From the NCBI GenBank assembly GCA_964632315.1, contig CAZWEM010000013.1, positions 24,907 to 88,906 of the forward strand: DNA of 64,000 bases, in the 5' to 3' direction. Numbering within the stretch: the first letter of the stretch is position 1; every line of letters begins with the position of its first letter. The translations under genes were made by a program, and so were the position numbers. Of this stretch, positions 49,896 to 60,125 are shown piece after piece. Under the pieces are notes generated by a model, which was not told where the DNA came from, did no database searches, and worked only from the letters and a program-made list of their open reading frames with translations. Source of the stretch: an uncultured archaeon. GTDB taxonomy: Archaea; Asgardarchaeota; Lokiarchaeia; Sigyniarchaeales; SOKP01.

Positions 49896-50411
49896 TTAAA
49901 CAAAAAGAGCCTTAGTTTTAATATTATTTTGTATTAAATAATGAAATATTTTCTTGAATTTAAAGAGCTTATTGTGAACGAGTATAAATATAAGACTGCT
50001 CAAGCCAATAATTTCAGTGCTCTGGACTAATGGATCAAAAAGTAATTTATTAACCCAGTAAAGTATCGGATCTTCAATTATTTCAAAGTTGTATTGAATG
50101 AATGGAGCGAACAGTGGAACTGCAGGCAGGTCCAGTAAAAGATGAAATAATACTCCAATAACTAATGAATTCGCTATTAAGGTCTTCTTTTTCATTACTA
50201 AAAAGACTGTCACATATAAGATCGCTACAAAAAGTAGAGAATGAGAATATCCTCTACCCGATCCCATGCTCAAGAGAAGGATCGGTTTATCTATAAGATC
50301 TGGTAATAATGCTCCAATAATTAATGCTAAACGGTTAAAGTTTAGAAAGGACTTGATTCGTGGAATTTCAAAAACCAATAAAGGGATAGCTACATGAAAA
50401 AGTAAAAACAT
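49896..50411 (-). CDS. Membrane metal-dependent hydrolase (YdjM/LexA-binding family)
   Basis: N-terminal H, LLPDLID, GRG.SHS, HLLLD. Confidence 0.8.
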   Translation of the reverse strand: MFLLFHVAIPLLVFEIPRIKSFLNFNRLALIIGALLPDLIDKPILLLSMGSGRGYSHSLLFVAILYVTVFLVMKKKTLIANSLVIGVLFHLLLDLPAVPLFAPFIQYNFEIIEDPILYWVNKLLFDPLVQSTEIIGLSSLIFILVHNKLFKFKKIFHYLIQNNIKTKALFV

Positions 50412-50597
50412 GATTATAAACCCATTCTGGACTAATTTAACTTAAAATCCATATATTAATAATACAAAATTCAATATATCTCGAAAATAGATTAGAAGTA
50501 TCAATATTATTGCCATTTGAATTGAGATCCATAGTGATCGTCTCATCAAGTATGAATAACTAACTTGTTTACTATCACTCATAAAATTCCCTAAGAT

Positions 50598-51434
50598 TCA
50601 CTCTAATCTGCATTCTTTTAATGCTTCTTCTACTTGGTAATTCTCGTGTGTAATTTTACATATGGCCTTAACCAATTCTGTAGGATTTATAGATTGAAAT
50701 ATGTTTCTTCCAAAAGCTACTCCCGCACCTCCAGCTTGTATTGAATCATATACGACACCTAATAAATCCTTAGTTGTATCCATCTTTGGCCCCCCAGCTA
50801 TAATCACGGGAATATGTACGCTTTTTACAATATATTTAAAAGAATCAATGTCTCCCGTATAATTAGTTTTAACGATATCAGCTCCCAATTCCGCTCCTGC
50901 GCGCACGGCGATATTTACAACTTCAGGATCATTTTCATTTTCAATTTTCTTTCCACGAGAATACATCATCGCGATGAGTGGTACTCCCCATTCTCGGGAT
51001 GCCTCGACAACTTCTTTCGCATCTTTTAACATTTCAGGTTCTTCGTCGGCTCCAATGTTAATGTGAATAGAAACCGCATCAGCACCCATCTTCAAAGCTC
51101 GTTCAACTGAACAAACTAATACTTTCCTGTCAGGATCCGGAGCAAGGCTTGTAGCCCCCGATAAATGAATAATTAATCCTATATCTTTTCCGTGACGGCG
51201 ATGACCTGCCATGACCATGCCAGAATGCATGAGTACTGCGTTAGCTCCTCCTAAAGCTACCTTATCAACGACATCTGTTAGATCTTCTAAACCTTTGATG
51301 GTTCCCATTGTCAATCCATGATCCATGGGTACAATTATAGTTCTATTACTCTTTCTATCAATAATCCGTTCAATTCGGATGCTTTTACCAAGATTCATAT
51401 TTTTTTCCACTCTTGAGAGATTCAGACTATTCAA
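50598..51434 (-). CDS. Class I DhnA-type aldolase, probably 2-amino-3,7-dideoxy-D-threo-hept-6-ulosonate synthase (AroA') or FBP aldolase
   Basis: [21 protein letters not shown] (Schiff-base Lys), AGGPK, GRNIFQ. Confidence 0.85.
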   Translation of the reverse strand: MNSLNLSRVEKNMNLGKSIRIERIIDRKSNRTIIVPMDHGLTMGTIKGLEDLTDVVDKVALGGANAVLMHSGMVMAGHRRHGKDIGLIIHLSGATSLAPDPDRKVLVCSVERALKMGADAVSIHINIGADEEPEMLKDAKEVVEASREWGVPLIAMMYSRGKKIENENDPEVVNIAVRAGAELGADIVKTNYTGDIDSFKYIVKSVHIPVIIAGGPKMDTTKDLLGVVYDSIQAGGAGVAFGRNIFQSINPTELVKAICKITHENYQVEEALKECRLE

Positions 51435-51484
51435 TTTTAATTCGAATTACCATATAAAATTATATATATATGATCAATTTTTAT

Positions 51485-53056
51485 TTACCATGGTCGTCTT
51501 AAGGTAGTTGGTCTTACCATTTTTGATTTATCTGGATAATCAACATTATAATGAATTCCTCGGCTTTCTTTCCTTGATATTGCACTTACAATGATTAATT
51601 TCGCAACCGTAGCAAGATTTCTCAATTCAACAAGATTTTTTTCAATTTTAAAATCCCAATAATATTGGTTTATCTCGTCAAGTAATAAATTAATCCTTTT
51701 TTTAGCTCTTTGTAAGCGTTTATCCGTCCTTACAATTCCAACATAATTCCACATAAATCTACGTATTTCATCCCAATTCTGGGTGATTACAACCGCCTCC
51801 GTGGAAGGAACGGCATGTCCCGCCTCCCACTCTTTAAATTCATTAATTGTAAGGTCATTGAACTTACTTGATAGAACTCTGGCGCATTCATTAGCACAAA
51901 CTAATCCTTCTAATAAACTATTAGAAGCAAGCCTGTTAGCACCATGTAATCCAGTACATGACGACTCACCAATAGCATATAGATTCTTTACCTTAGTTGA
52001 ACCATCTACTTTTACCAATATTCCCCCACATGAGTAATGCGCAGCGGGAACTACTGGTATGGGTTCCTTGGTTATATCAATACCAAACTTTAAACACTGA
52101 TCATGTACACCGGGGAAATGTGTTTTAATAAAATCCGCATCACGGTAAGAAGCAATGTCTAGAAGAACGTGATCTTCTCCGCTACGCTTTAACTCCGAAT
52201 CAATTGCTCGAGATACAATATCGCGAGGTGCCAATTCCTTAAGAGGATGATATTTTTCCATGAATTCATTCCCTTTAAGATCTTTTAAAATAGCACCCTC
52301 TCCTCTCATAGCTTCCGTAATCAAAAACGATTTCGCAAAAGGATGATAGAGACATGTTGGGTGGAACTGATAGAATTCCATGTTTGCAATAATAGCGCCC
52401 GCACGATAAGCCATCGCAATTCCATCTCCTGAGGCTACATCTGGATTAGTTGTATAAAGATAAATCTTACCCGCACCTCCTGTAGCCAAGACGGTTGCTT
52501 TGGAAGCAACATTATGAATTTCAGCAGTCTCTTGATTTAATACATATGCCCCGTCACATCGGAAGTTGCTTGCGTATAGGTTAATTGCACACCAATTCTC
52601 TTTAATTAAAACGTTAGGAATCCTTTTGACTCTCTCAATCAATTTTTCTTCAATGCTTTGACCTGTTAGGTCATTTACATGGAAGATCCGTCGTTCAGAA
52701 TGACCTCCTTCCCTTCCTAAATCAAATTCACCGTTCTCATCTCGAGAAAAGTCAACACCAAGTTCAATCAGGTCATTAATCATCTCTGGTGATTTTTTTA
52801 TGATAAATTCAACTACTTTTTCATCGCATAATCCATCCCCAGCAATTATAGTATCTTTTATGTGTTTTTCAAAGATATCATTTTCATCATGAACACTTGC
52901 TATTCCTCCTTGAGCATAGAAAGTGTTACATTCTTCAATATTCTCTTTCGTAATGAGTAAAATTTTTTCATCTGGAATTAATTCTGACAATTTAATTGCG
53001 AGAGTTAAACCAGAGACTCCTCCTCCAATGATCAAAATATCAGTTTTAATCTTCAA
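51485..53056 (-). CDS. nadB: L-aspartate oxidase
   Basis: GGGVSG, AQGGIA, EGGHS.RRI.H, QFHPT, LITEA.RGEG, LAPRD, HYSCGG, HGANRLASNSLLE. Confidence 0.95.
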   Translation of the reverse strand: MKIKTDILIIGGGVSGLTLAIKLSELIPDEKILLITKENIEECNTFYAQGGIASVHDENDIFEKHIKDTIIAGDGLCDEKVVEFIIKKSPEMINDLIELGVDFSRDENGEFDLGREGGHSERRIFHVNDLTGQSIEEKLIERVKRIPNVLIKENWCAINLYASNFRCDGAYVLNQETAEIHNVASKATVLATGGAGKIYLYTTNPDVASGDGIAMAYRAGAIIANMEFYQFHPTCLYHPFAKSFLITEAMRGEGAILKDLKGNEFMEKYHPLKELAPRDIVSRAIDSELKRSGEDHVLLDIASYRDADFIKTHFPGVHDQCLKFGIDITKEPIPVVPAAHYSCGGILVKVDGSTKVKNLYAIGESSCTGLHGANRLASNSLLEGLVCANECARVLSSKFNDLTINEFKEWEAGHAVPSTEAVVITQNWDEIRRFMWNYVGIVRTDKRLQRAKKRINLLLDEINQYYWDFKIEKNLVELRNLATVAKLIIVSAISRKESRGIHYNVDYPDKSKMVRPTTLRRPW

Positions 53057-53420
53057 AAAAATGCAATCTTATAATCCGAATTATAGAAATTACTTATTAG
53101 AATTAAAATTTTAAAATAAAATTTTATGATTAAAATTATAAAAATTTTAAATTTCTTTCTAATCTCTTAATCTCAATTCATTCATATTTGTAATTTAATA
53201 AGTCTTTTATGATAAAGAAATGGTAGAGAATTGCTTGCTCATTGATTTGCATCTTTACCAATATACCCCACAACAGTAATTTGCTAAAAAAATTTTACTA
53301 GAAAATTACTTATTAGTATATTCTTCATCCTTCTCTCTATTTGGTAATGAATTCTTTGATAACAATTTTTTTTACATTCGTTTAATTCTTATTTGCAATC
53401 AGAAGGATTTTAAGTTTTGA

Positions 53421-53951
53421 ATGAGAAATATGGAAAAAATAGAGAATGTATTATTTATATGTAGCGGGAACACTTGTAGAAGTCCTTTTGCAGAATATTA
53501 CGCCAAGTGGCTTCAAAAAACTAAATATCCTGAGAGATTAAAAGAGGTTAGGTTTGATTCTGCAGGGATATATCATTATTTCAATAAACCCCAAGAAGGG
53601 ACAGTACGTTATTTGAATTTCAAGGGGATTGATATAAGTGATTTTAAGGCAAAAACGGTAAATGAAGAAATGTTAGAGAAACAAGATTTAATTTTAGGTT
53701 TCGAAAGGAAATTTCACATAGATAAATTAATAAGAAAGTTCAAGAACCTTCATGGATTAAATACAAAACTTTCGCTATTATTAGAATTCACTGAAGAACA
53801 AGGTCAACTTGATATCATCGATCCTTTTGGCTTGGAAAAGGAAGAATATAACAAGATCCTTCATAAAATAGAAGTTGCTGTTGAAAAGGCTTTAGTAAAA
53901 ATAATTAAAATCAATGCTCTTAACTATAGAAATGGTGATCAATATAAATGA
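53421..53951 (+). CDS. Low-molecular-weight protein phosphatase (LMW-PTP/ArsC fold)
   Basis: CSGNTCRS P-loop; IIDPF. Confidence 0.9.
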   Translation: MRNMEKIENVLFICSGNTCRSPFAEYYAKWLQKTKYPERLKEVRFDSAGIYHYFNKPQEGTVRYLNFKGIDISDFKAKTVNEEMLEKQDLILGFERKFHIDKLIRKFKNLHGLNTKLSLLLEFTEEQGQLDIIDPFGLEKEEYNKILHKIEVAVEKALVKIIKINALNYRNGDQYK

Positions 53952-54427
53952 GTAAAGTTAATAGTATTCTCTTCGTATGTTTAGGAAATACTGCTAGATC
54001 TCCTGTTGCGGAATATTTAGCTAAATTCTATGCTAAGAAATATAATCTTCACTTGAATATTGAAAGTGCAGGATTCATAAATGCATTTGCTAATATGCAA
54101 CCAGAATCACATGAATACTTGAAGCAAAAAAACATACCACATTCTGACTTTTCGCCACAAATAATCACCAAATCCTTATGTAACAAATTTGATTTGATTT
54201 TGACTATGGAGAAGACACATCGAGATGATATTATTAAAATGTATATTAATAAAGAGAATATCAGTACAAAAACGTTTACTTTAAAACAATATAATCATTC
54301 TGAAGGAAATTTAGACATTATTGATCCTTATTATACTTCTCATGAAAAGTTCAAAGAAATTCTTAAAACCATTGATCAAGAAGTTGAGAAGGCAATTCTT
54401 AATATTAAAAGGTTGGATTTAGCCTAA
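53948..54427 (+). CDS. Second LMW-PTP paralog
   Basis: CLGNTARS; IIDPY; ATGA overlap with the first copy. Confidence 0.9.
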   Translation: MSKVNSILFVCLGNTARSPVAEYLAKFYAKKYNLHLNIESAGFINAFANMQPESHEYLKQKNIPHSDFSPQIITKSLCNKFDLILTMEKTHRDDIIKMYINKENISTKTFTLKQYNHSEGNLDIIDPYYTSHEKFKEILKTIDQEVEKAILNIKRLDLA

Positions 54428-54712
54428 GAATAGTAATGCGTTGACACTTTAGTCCAATTCTCGACAAAATATAAATCCACCAAAAAATCTGCTAATATAA
54501 TGCTCCCTATAATTCAAAAGTATATAGTGGAGAAGAATAACAATTTGAAGAATATTTCAATATGCCTTGAAAACTTACCTGATTACAAAGATTTTGAAGT
54601 AACCTTAACTCAACTATCTTAATGAATCTAAATATCAATTTCCTAATAACTTAAATTTTTAATTATATAATATTATAAATTATTATCTTAACGGGATATT
54701 TTTGTAAAGATC

Positions 54713-55255
54713 ATGAGTATCGATGAATTAAACTATAAACTCCAAAATAATAAGGAAAATATAAATTCCTTAAAGGGTTTAGAGATTATCTGCGAAGCAA
54801 TTGTATATAAAGTTCTTGATTTATTTGGTAAAAACGCCCTGTTATCGATTTTATTTCAAATAGGAGCCGGACCAGGTGAACAAATCTCTAAAAGATTGAA
54901 AGAAATTTATGCTAAAGATCAATTTGAACCACTAGAAGCATTTGAAGTATTGTTTAAAGAATTAAGTAATTACTATTCCATCCAAGTGAGGGATATTCAA
55001 GAAGATGATGAAAAGATTAAATTGATCCTCGAGAATCATTGTTTTTTACGAAAACCTATAAAGAATAGAGCAAATTTAAAACATGGAAAAGCATTTTGCA
55101 GAGTAAATAAAGGTTATGTTGAAACAGCACTTAAAAAATTGATAGGAGATAAAATTTCTGGTTTGGAACTTAAATTTCTTTATAACGATGATTATAAAGA
55201 TGCTTGTGTTGAAGAACTTCTTTTGTATAAAAATAAAAAATTAAACTTGGTTTAG
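54713..55255 (+). CDS. V4R/MetOD1-like ligand-binding domain protein
   Basis: LFQIG...GEQI helix; HCF, FC..NKGY.E.AL, terminal C. Confidence 0.6.
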   Translation: MSIDELNYKLQNNKENINSLKGLEIICEAIVYKVLDLFGKNALLSILFQIGAGPGEQISKRLKEIYAKDQFEPLEAFEVLFKELSNYYSIQVRDIQEDDEKIKLILENHCFLRKPIKNRANLKHGKAFCRVNKGYVETALKKLIGDKISGLELKFLYNDDYKDACVEELLLYKNKKLNLV

Positions 55256-55263
55256 ACCTTTAA

Positions 55264-56412
55264 CTAGCATTGATTAGGATTTAATTCACAAAATCTAATT
55301 GATTCAACAAGGTCTTCCTCTCCAATTAAGCCAAGAACAATCTCATTTTCTTCTGTAACCGCAACAATATGTGGATTTGTTTTCATTTGACTCATTTTTT
55401 TCAAAACAAGTTTTCCAGTATCATTTTCTTTAATTTCAGGAATTTGGGAAATCCTTTCCATGACATAACCAACAATAGTTTTATCTCTCTGGAACTCTGG
55501 GACATTTTTTATAGTTTCGATATCAATTATGCCCACAATCATGTTTCCCCTTATAACTGGAAAGTAGGATTTTTTGTAAGGAACAAAGTAATATTTAATC
55601 GCATTTGTTATAGTTGTATCGAATGGAATTTCCAGTTTTGGTAAAGTCATGATATCTTTAGCTTTCAATTTTGATAATGTAAGTTCGTTGCGAGTTTGAA
55701 GATAGGCTTGTTTTGTTTGACTATTCAAAAAGATTCCTATGATTATCAACCAAAATCCACTGAATAAACCAATAAAAAACGTAGAGAATAACCCATAACC
55801 AATTAAACCATATGCTAAGACGCTTCCCACTCTAGATGCTGTTTTTGTTGCTGAAATAATATCGTGCCTTCTACTCCAAAGTATTGCACGTAAAACTCTC
55901 CCGCCATCCATTGGATATGCTGGTAGTATGTTAAAAATCCCTAAACCAATGTTAGTAATTCCCGAATATAATAAAGTAACATAGAGTATTGCAGATACAC
56001 TTAAAGGATTGAACAATAATCCAGCAAGAAATACAAATCCAATCAATAAACTAGATAATGGTCCTACAATTGATATCACCAATTCACTTTTAGGAGTCTT
56101 CGGTTCCTCTTCAATTTTTGACGCTCCACCAAAAATGTACATCTCTATCTCTGTCACCTTCAAACCATACCTTTGAGCTACAATTGAATGGAATAATTCA
56201 TGAATCAAAACAGAAAATAGAATGATCACTCCATTTATAAGTCCCACTAATATCAAAGCCGTTAAAGTTGCTCCAGCAATAATTGATCCATAGAATATAG
56301 CTGCATAAAAACCGACTAATGCTACTATCACTAATGTGCTCAAGTGAAGTTTAATATCTATTCCGTTTATTTTAGCAATTTTCATTATTTTACCTTCGTT
56401 ATTATTATACAA
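55264..56412 (-). CDS. Site-2 protease (M50) with C-terminal CBS pair
   Basis: HELFH, GP, NILPAYPMDGGR; CBS motifs DIM, FPVI, IVGII. Confidence 0.92.
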   Translation of the reverse strand: MYNNNEGKIMKIAKINGIDIKLHLSTLVIVALVGFYAAIFYGSIIAGATLTALILVGLINGVIILFSVLIHELFHSIVAQRYGLKVTEIEMYIFGGASKIEEEPKTPKSELVISIVGPLSSLLIGFVFLAGLLFNPLSVSAILYVTLLYSGITNIGLGIFNILPAYPMDGGRVLRAILWSRRHDIISATKTASRVGSVLAYGLIGYGLFSTFFIGLFSGFWLIIIGIFLNSQTKQAYLQTRNELTLSKLKAKDIMTLPKLEIPFDTTITNAIKYYFVPYKKSYFPVIRGNMIVGIIDIETIKNVPEFQRDKTIVGYVMERISQIPEIKENDTGKLVLKKMSQMKTNPHIVAVTEENEIVLGLIGEEDLVESIRFCELNPNQC

Positions 56413-56547
56413 TCAATTGAAAATTGGACTATTAAGGCATGCATCTTATAGAATTAAATTAAATTCCTTTTCTACATTATAGAAGTAAATCAAAATTCAT
56501 GATTTTCTTTAAAAACCCAAACCATTTTTAGAGGAAAATCTTTATTG

Positions 56548-56593
56548 ATTTCATGTTTTAGATCATCGAATATTGCAATCTAAAACATGAAAT
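56548..56593. promoter_or_regulatory. Perfect 16-bp inverted repeat ATTTCATGTTTTAGAT-N14-ATCTAAAACATGAAAT
   Basis: Arms at 56548-56563 and 56578-56593, in the divergent promoter upstream of the beta-oxidation genes. Confidence 0.7.
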
Positions 56594-56676
56594 GTCAAAA
56601 TTAAAAAAAAAACCTTGATTTAATATCTTGTCAAAATTTAAAAACAAAATCATTTAAAAAAGGTTGAAATTAAAAA

Positions 56677-57852
56677 ATGAACGTTTTAGTATTAGGTGCT
56701 GGTTTAATGGGCTCAGGAATTGCTCAAGTAGCCCTTATGGCAGGTTATAATGTGAAACTAGTCGATATCAAAGACGAATTCGTTGATGGTGGCTATAAAA
56801 AAATCAAAACTGGATTGGAGAAGCTTGAATCTAAAGGTGCTCTTGGAGAGGGAGTTACTGCTGACGATGTTTTATCGCGATTAGAAAAATCAATAGATTT
56901 AGCATCAGCAGTTAAAGATGTCGACATCGTGATTGAAGCTGTCATTGAAAAAATGGACATCAAGAAGCAAGTTTGCAAGACCGTAATGGATAATGGTTCT
57001 TCTCAAGTGATTTTTGCATCCAATACATCCACGATGAGTATATCTGAGATTGGAAAGGATAGCGGTGCTCCTGAAAGGGTTTGTGGCATGCACTTCTTTA
57101 ATCCCGTTCCGTTAATGAGATGTATTGAAATTATTAAAGGAGATGCTACTTCAGATGATACTTTCAATACTGCTATGGAAGTGGCAGGAAAATTACCCTG
57201 CTTGAGAGGAAATAGATATATTGCTCCAGTATTAAAAGACCGACCTGGTTTCATTGTAAATCGAATGAATGCTCCCGCAAATATATATATCGGTTGGGTT
57301 TTCGATCAAGCTAATGAAAAAGGTATTGATTGGGCTCGAATTGACGCTGATGCTGGTGGAAAAATGCCAATGGGACCATGTGAATTAGCAGATTACGTGG
57401 GATTGGATACAATGATCCATGTGGGAAATTATTATAAAGAAACATTATCTTCCGACTTTGAACCCCCAAAAGTTGTTAAAGAAATGGTTGAAGCAGGAAA
57501 TTTGGGTGCTAAATCTGGCAAAGGGTTTTATGATTGGAGCCAAGGAAGAGATGCTATTAAAGCGAAAGTAAAAGCTGCTGAACCTGCAGGTTTGTTCAGT
57601 TTAGAGAATTCTATGGCCATCCTATTAAATGAAGGATGTAGAATACTCGAAGAGGGTATTGCATCAGGTTATAAAATTATAGATGATGCAAATATGGCTG
57701 GTATGAACTCTCCTGGACCATTTGCAGCTGGCAAGAAGAATTACGAGAAATGGAGCAAGTTATTAGAAGATTTAGCAGATAAAACCGGAAAAGATTACCT
57801 CAGACCTTGCGAATTGATGAAATCCGGCGAATTCGTTAAAATGAGAAAGTAA
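56677..57852 (+). CDS. 3-hydroxyacyl-CoA dehydrogenase with duplicated C-terminal domain
   Basis: GAGLMGSGIA, EAVIE, SNTS, GMHFFNP, GFIVNR, PMGP, GKGFY. Confidence 0.93.
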   Translation: MNVLVLGAGLMGSGIAQVALMAGYNVKLVDIKDEFVDGGYKKIKTGLEKLESKGALGEGVTADDVLSRLEKSIDLASAVKDVDIVIEAVIEKMDIKKQVCKTVMDNGSSQVIFASNTSTMSISEIGKDSGAPERVCGMHFFNPVPLMRCIEIIKGDATSDDTFNTAMEVAGKLPCLRGNRYIAPVLKDRPGFIVNRMNAPANIYIGWVFDQANEKGIDWARIDADAGGKMPMGPCELADYVGLDTMIHVGNYYKETLSSDFEPPKVVKEMVEAGNLGAKSGKGFYDWSQGRDAIKAKVKAAEPAGLFSLENSMAILLNEGCRILEEGIASGYKIIDDANMAGMNSPGPFAAGKKNYEKWSKLLEDLADKTGKDYLRPCELMKSGEFVKMRK

Positions 57853-58023
57853 TCTTAATACTTTATTTTTTTCTTTTTAATCACTCTTTTACTGAAAAAA
57901 TGAATTATAATTTTCAAAATCGAATATAAATTTTTGAAAATTTTTAATTGAAGAAAAAATATTACTAGTTATTCAAATTAACAGTAAAAAATTCAATAAA
58001 TAAAATAAGAATAGGTAAAAAAA

Positions 58024-58971
58024 ATGACTGAAGAATTTGAGACTTTAAAAATTGATTGGCCCACTGCTACTGATGACCAAGGGAACGTTATTCGAGAAGG
58101 AACTGTAGATGGAAATTACGCGATTATTTCATTAAATCGCCCGGATAGGTTAAATGCATTAACTGAACAAGTCACTTCAGAAATTGCTAAAGCATTGAGA
58201 ATGATGGAAACGGATATGTCAGTCCGTGCTGTCGTAATTAGAGGCACGAAAGATTTTACTAAAAAACCTGCATTTTCTGCTGGGGCTGATTTAGCAGCAG
58301 CTTTTAGCAAAGATTTAAAACCAAATATCGCATGGCATATGGCACAAGCAATGAGAATTAGACATCGGGATTATGATGAATTTGAGCAATTTAATAAACC
58401 TCTCATTGCCGCTGTTGACGGATTTGCTTTAGGTGGTGGCTTAGAAATCGTATTATGTTGTGATGTCGTAATAGCATCCGATAGATCTTTATTTGGTGTT
58501 CCTGAAATAAATCGAGGTATTTTTCCAGCTAATGGAGGTGTTACTAGACTAGCTGCAAGAGTAGGATTAAATCGAGCAATGCGAATGGCCATGTTTGGTG
58601 AACATTTTGATTCAAAACAAATGTTAGAGTGGGGCTTAGTAACTTGGATGGCTCCAGCTGGAGAAGAATTTGAAAAATTAGTGCATGAAAAAGCAAAATG
58701 GTTAGGAGATGCTCCCACAACAGCTTTATTTGTCATTAAAAAATGTGTGAAATTTGGGACTCGTTATGTACAACTTGGGTTAATGATGGAACAATTAGGT
58801 TTTGGGGTTAACCAAGTCAGTGATGATGCCAAAGAAGGAATATTAGCTTTTAATAGGAAAGTTAAATGTCCTGTCTGTGGTGGTAAAGGCAAGATGGAAG
58901 ATGGAAGTACTTGTGAAAATTGTAAAGGTAGAAGAAAAGTGAAAGACGTTCCCCATTTCAAGGGGATTTAA
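58024..58971 (+). CDS. Enoyl-CoA hydratase/isomerase with inserted C-terminal zinc finger
   Basis: LNRP..LNA, FSAGADL, KPLIAAVDGFALGGGLE, GVPE; CPVCGGKG...CENCKG. Confidence 0.9.
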   Translation: MTEEFETLKIDWPTATDDQGNVIREGTVDGNYAIISLNRPDRLNALTEQVTSEIAKALRMMETDMSVRAVVIRGTKDFTKKPAFSAGADLAAAFSKDLKPNIAWHMAQAMRIRHRDYDEFEQFNKPLIAAVDGFALGGGLEIVLCCDVVIASDRSLFGVPEINRGIFPANGGVTRLAARVGLNRAMRMAMFGEHFDSKQMLEWGLVTWMAPAGEEFEKLVHEKAKWLGDAPTTALFVIKKCVKFGTRYVQLGLMMEQLGFGVNQVSDDAKEGILAFNRKVKCPVCGGKGKMEDGSTCENCKGRRKVKDVPHFKGI

Positions 58972-59033
58972 TTCATTCTTTTTTTTAAATTTAATTTTTA
59001 TTATATTTATCTTTAATTTAGAATTATGCATAT

Positions 59034-59603
59034 TTGCAAGTAAAATTCTTAGTGACTATTTTGGTTAAAGAAATTGAAATCATTGAGACGATAAGTGATG
59101 GATCGCTCAATTTAAGGCGTTTAACAAAAGAAGATACCAAGTTTTTTTATGAAAGCCTTTTAAATAAAGAAATTACTAATTATTTAGCTCTTGGACCTCT
59201 AAATTCAGTAGATCACGCGAAAAAACTGATTAAAAACTATATAAAATATTGGGATCGATATCAACAATTTAACTATATTATTAAAAGTGACACAAATAAA
59301 TTAGGCTCGATCAGTTTGTGGAGTATAAGTTGGTTGCACCAAAGAGCCGAAGTTGGAATTTGGATACTTCCAAAGTATTGGAATCAAGGCTTTGGAAAAA
59401 GAACAATAGAGTTAATTAAAATTATCGCATTTAACCATCTTCATCTGAATAGATTAGAGTCTCATATTGCTATTAAGAATAAAAGATCTATTCAAATGTT
59501 TAAAGCATGTGGTTTCAAAGAAGAAGGGATTTTAAAGGAGTATCTGCATCTTAATGGTAAATTTCAAGATGCAATGATCCTAAGTCACCTGAAGAGTATT
59601 TGA
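59034..59603 (+). CDS. GNAT acetyltransferase, RimJ/RimL family
   Basis: AEVGIW, YWNQGFG, N.RS..MF..CGF.EEG. Confidence 0.88.
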   Translation: MQVKFLVTILVKEIEIIETISDGSLNLRRLTKEDTKFFYESLLNKEITNYLALGPLNSVDHAKKLIKNYIKYWDRYQQFNYIIKSDTNKLGSISLWSISWLHQRAEVGIWILPKYWNQGFGKRTIELIKIIAFNHLHLNRLESHIAIKNKRSIQMFKACGFKEEGILKEYLHLNGKFQDAMILSHLKSI

Positions 59604-60020
59604 ATCATTCAATCCATATAACTTTTCTAGTTTGTGTAAATCTTCATTAAAAATCTTGAATCTTGTAATGTTTCCATCGAAATTCTTTAACTTTTTATTG
59701 AATTTTTCTACGAAGCAATCCAGAATCTTCTCTGCTAATTCATCTAATGACTTTTTCTTTCTTATATCATCATCAATATCAGACTTACACTTACAAATGA
59801 TGTGGATGTTAGTTGCCGGATGAGTATAGAAAAAAAAGGCAGATTTATCTAATTTAAGGCAATTGAGCGTTTCTTTAAATCCAAACCGAGCAAAACGACA
59901 AATTTGCTCAAAATAACTGGCTATAATTTGATAATTTTGATTCTTAGAAGAACTGTCTGAAAAATTATGATAGAACAATGGAATACCGTCACTAGATAAA
60001 ATTGTCAATTCCTGGATCAA
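59580..60020 (-). CDS. Stand-alone longin-like domain protein
   Basis: ILSSDGIPLFY..F, IIASYF..I..FA, C-terminal F..KF...FDGNI..F..F. Confidence 0.7.
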   Translation of the reverse strand: MIQELTILSSDGIPLFYHNFSDSSSKNQNYQIIASYFEQICRFARFGFKETLNCLKLDKSAFFFYTHPATNIHIICKCKSDIDDDIRKKKSLDELAEKILDCFVEKFNKKLKNFDGNITRFKIFNEDLHKLEKLYGLNDSNTLQVT

Positions 60021-60125
60021 GATTGACTCAAAATATATTTTGTTGAGATCTTATTTAATACCTTTGTTAATGAGAGTAACAGCGATCTTATTTATTAAGA
60101 TGGTTATTAAAATGAGAATAAATCG

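Noticed and set aside
53095-53160. Repeated TAAAATT(TT) units upstream of nadB
   Set aside because: Low-complexity AT sequence expected at this base composition; no regular period or spacers
54500-54622. 40-aa ORF MLPIIQKY... between the phosphatases and the V4R-like gene
   Set aside because: Short, no SD site and no recognisable motif
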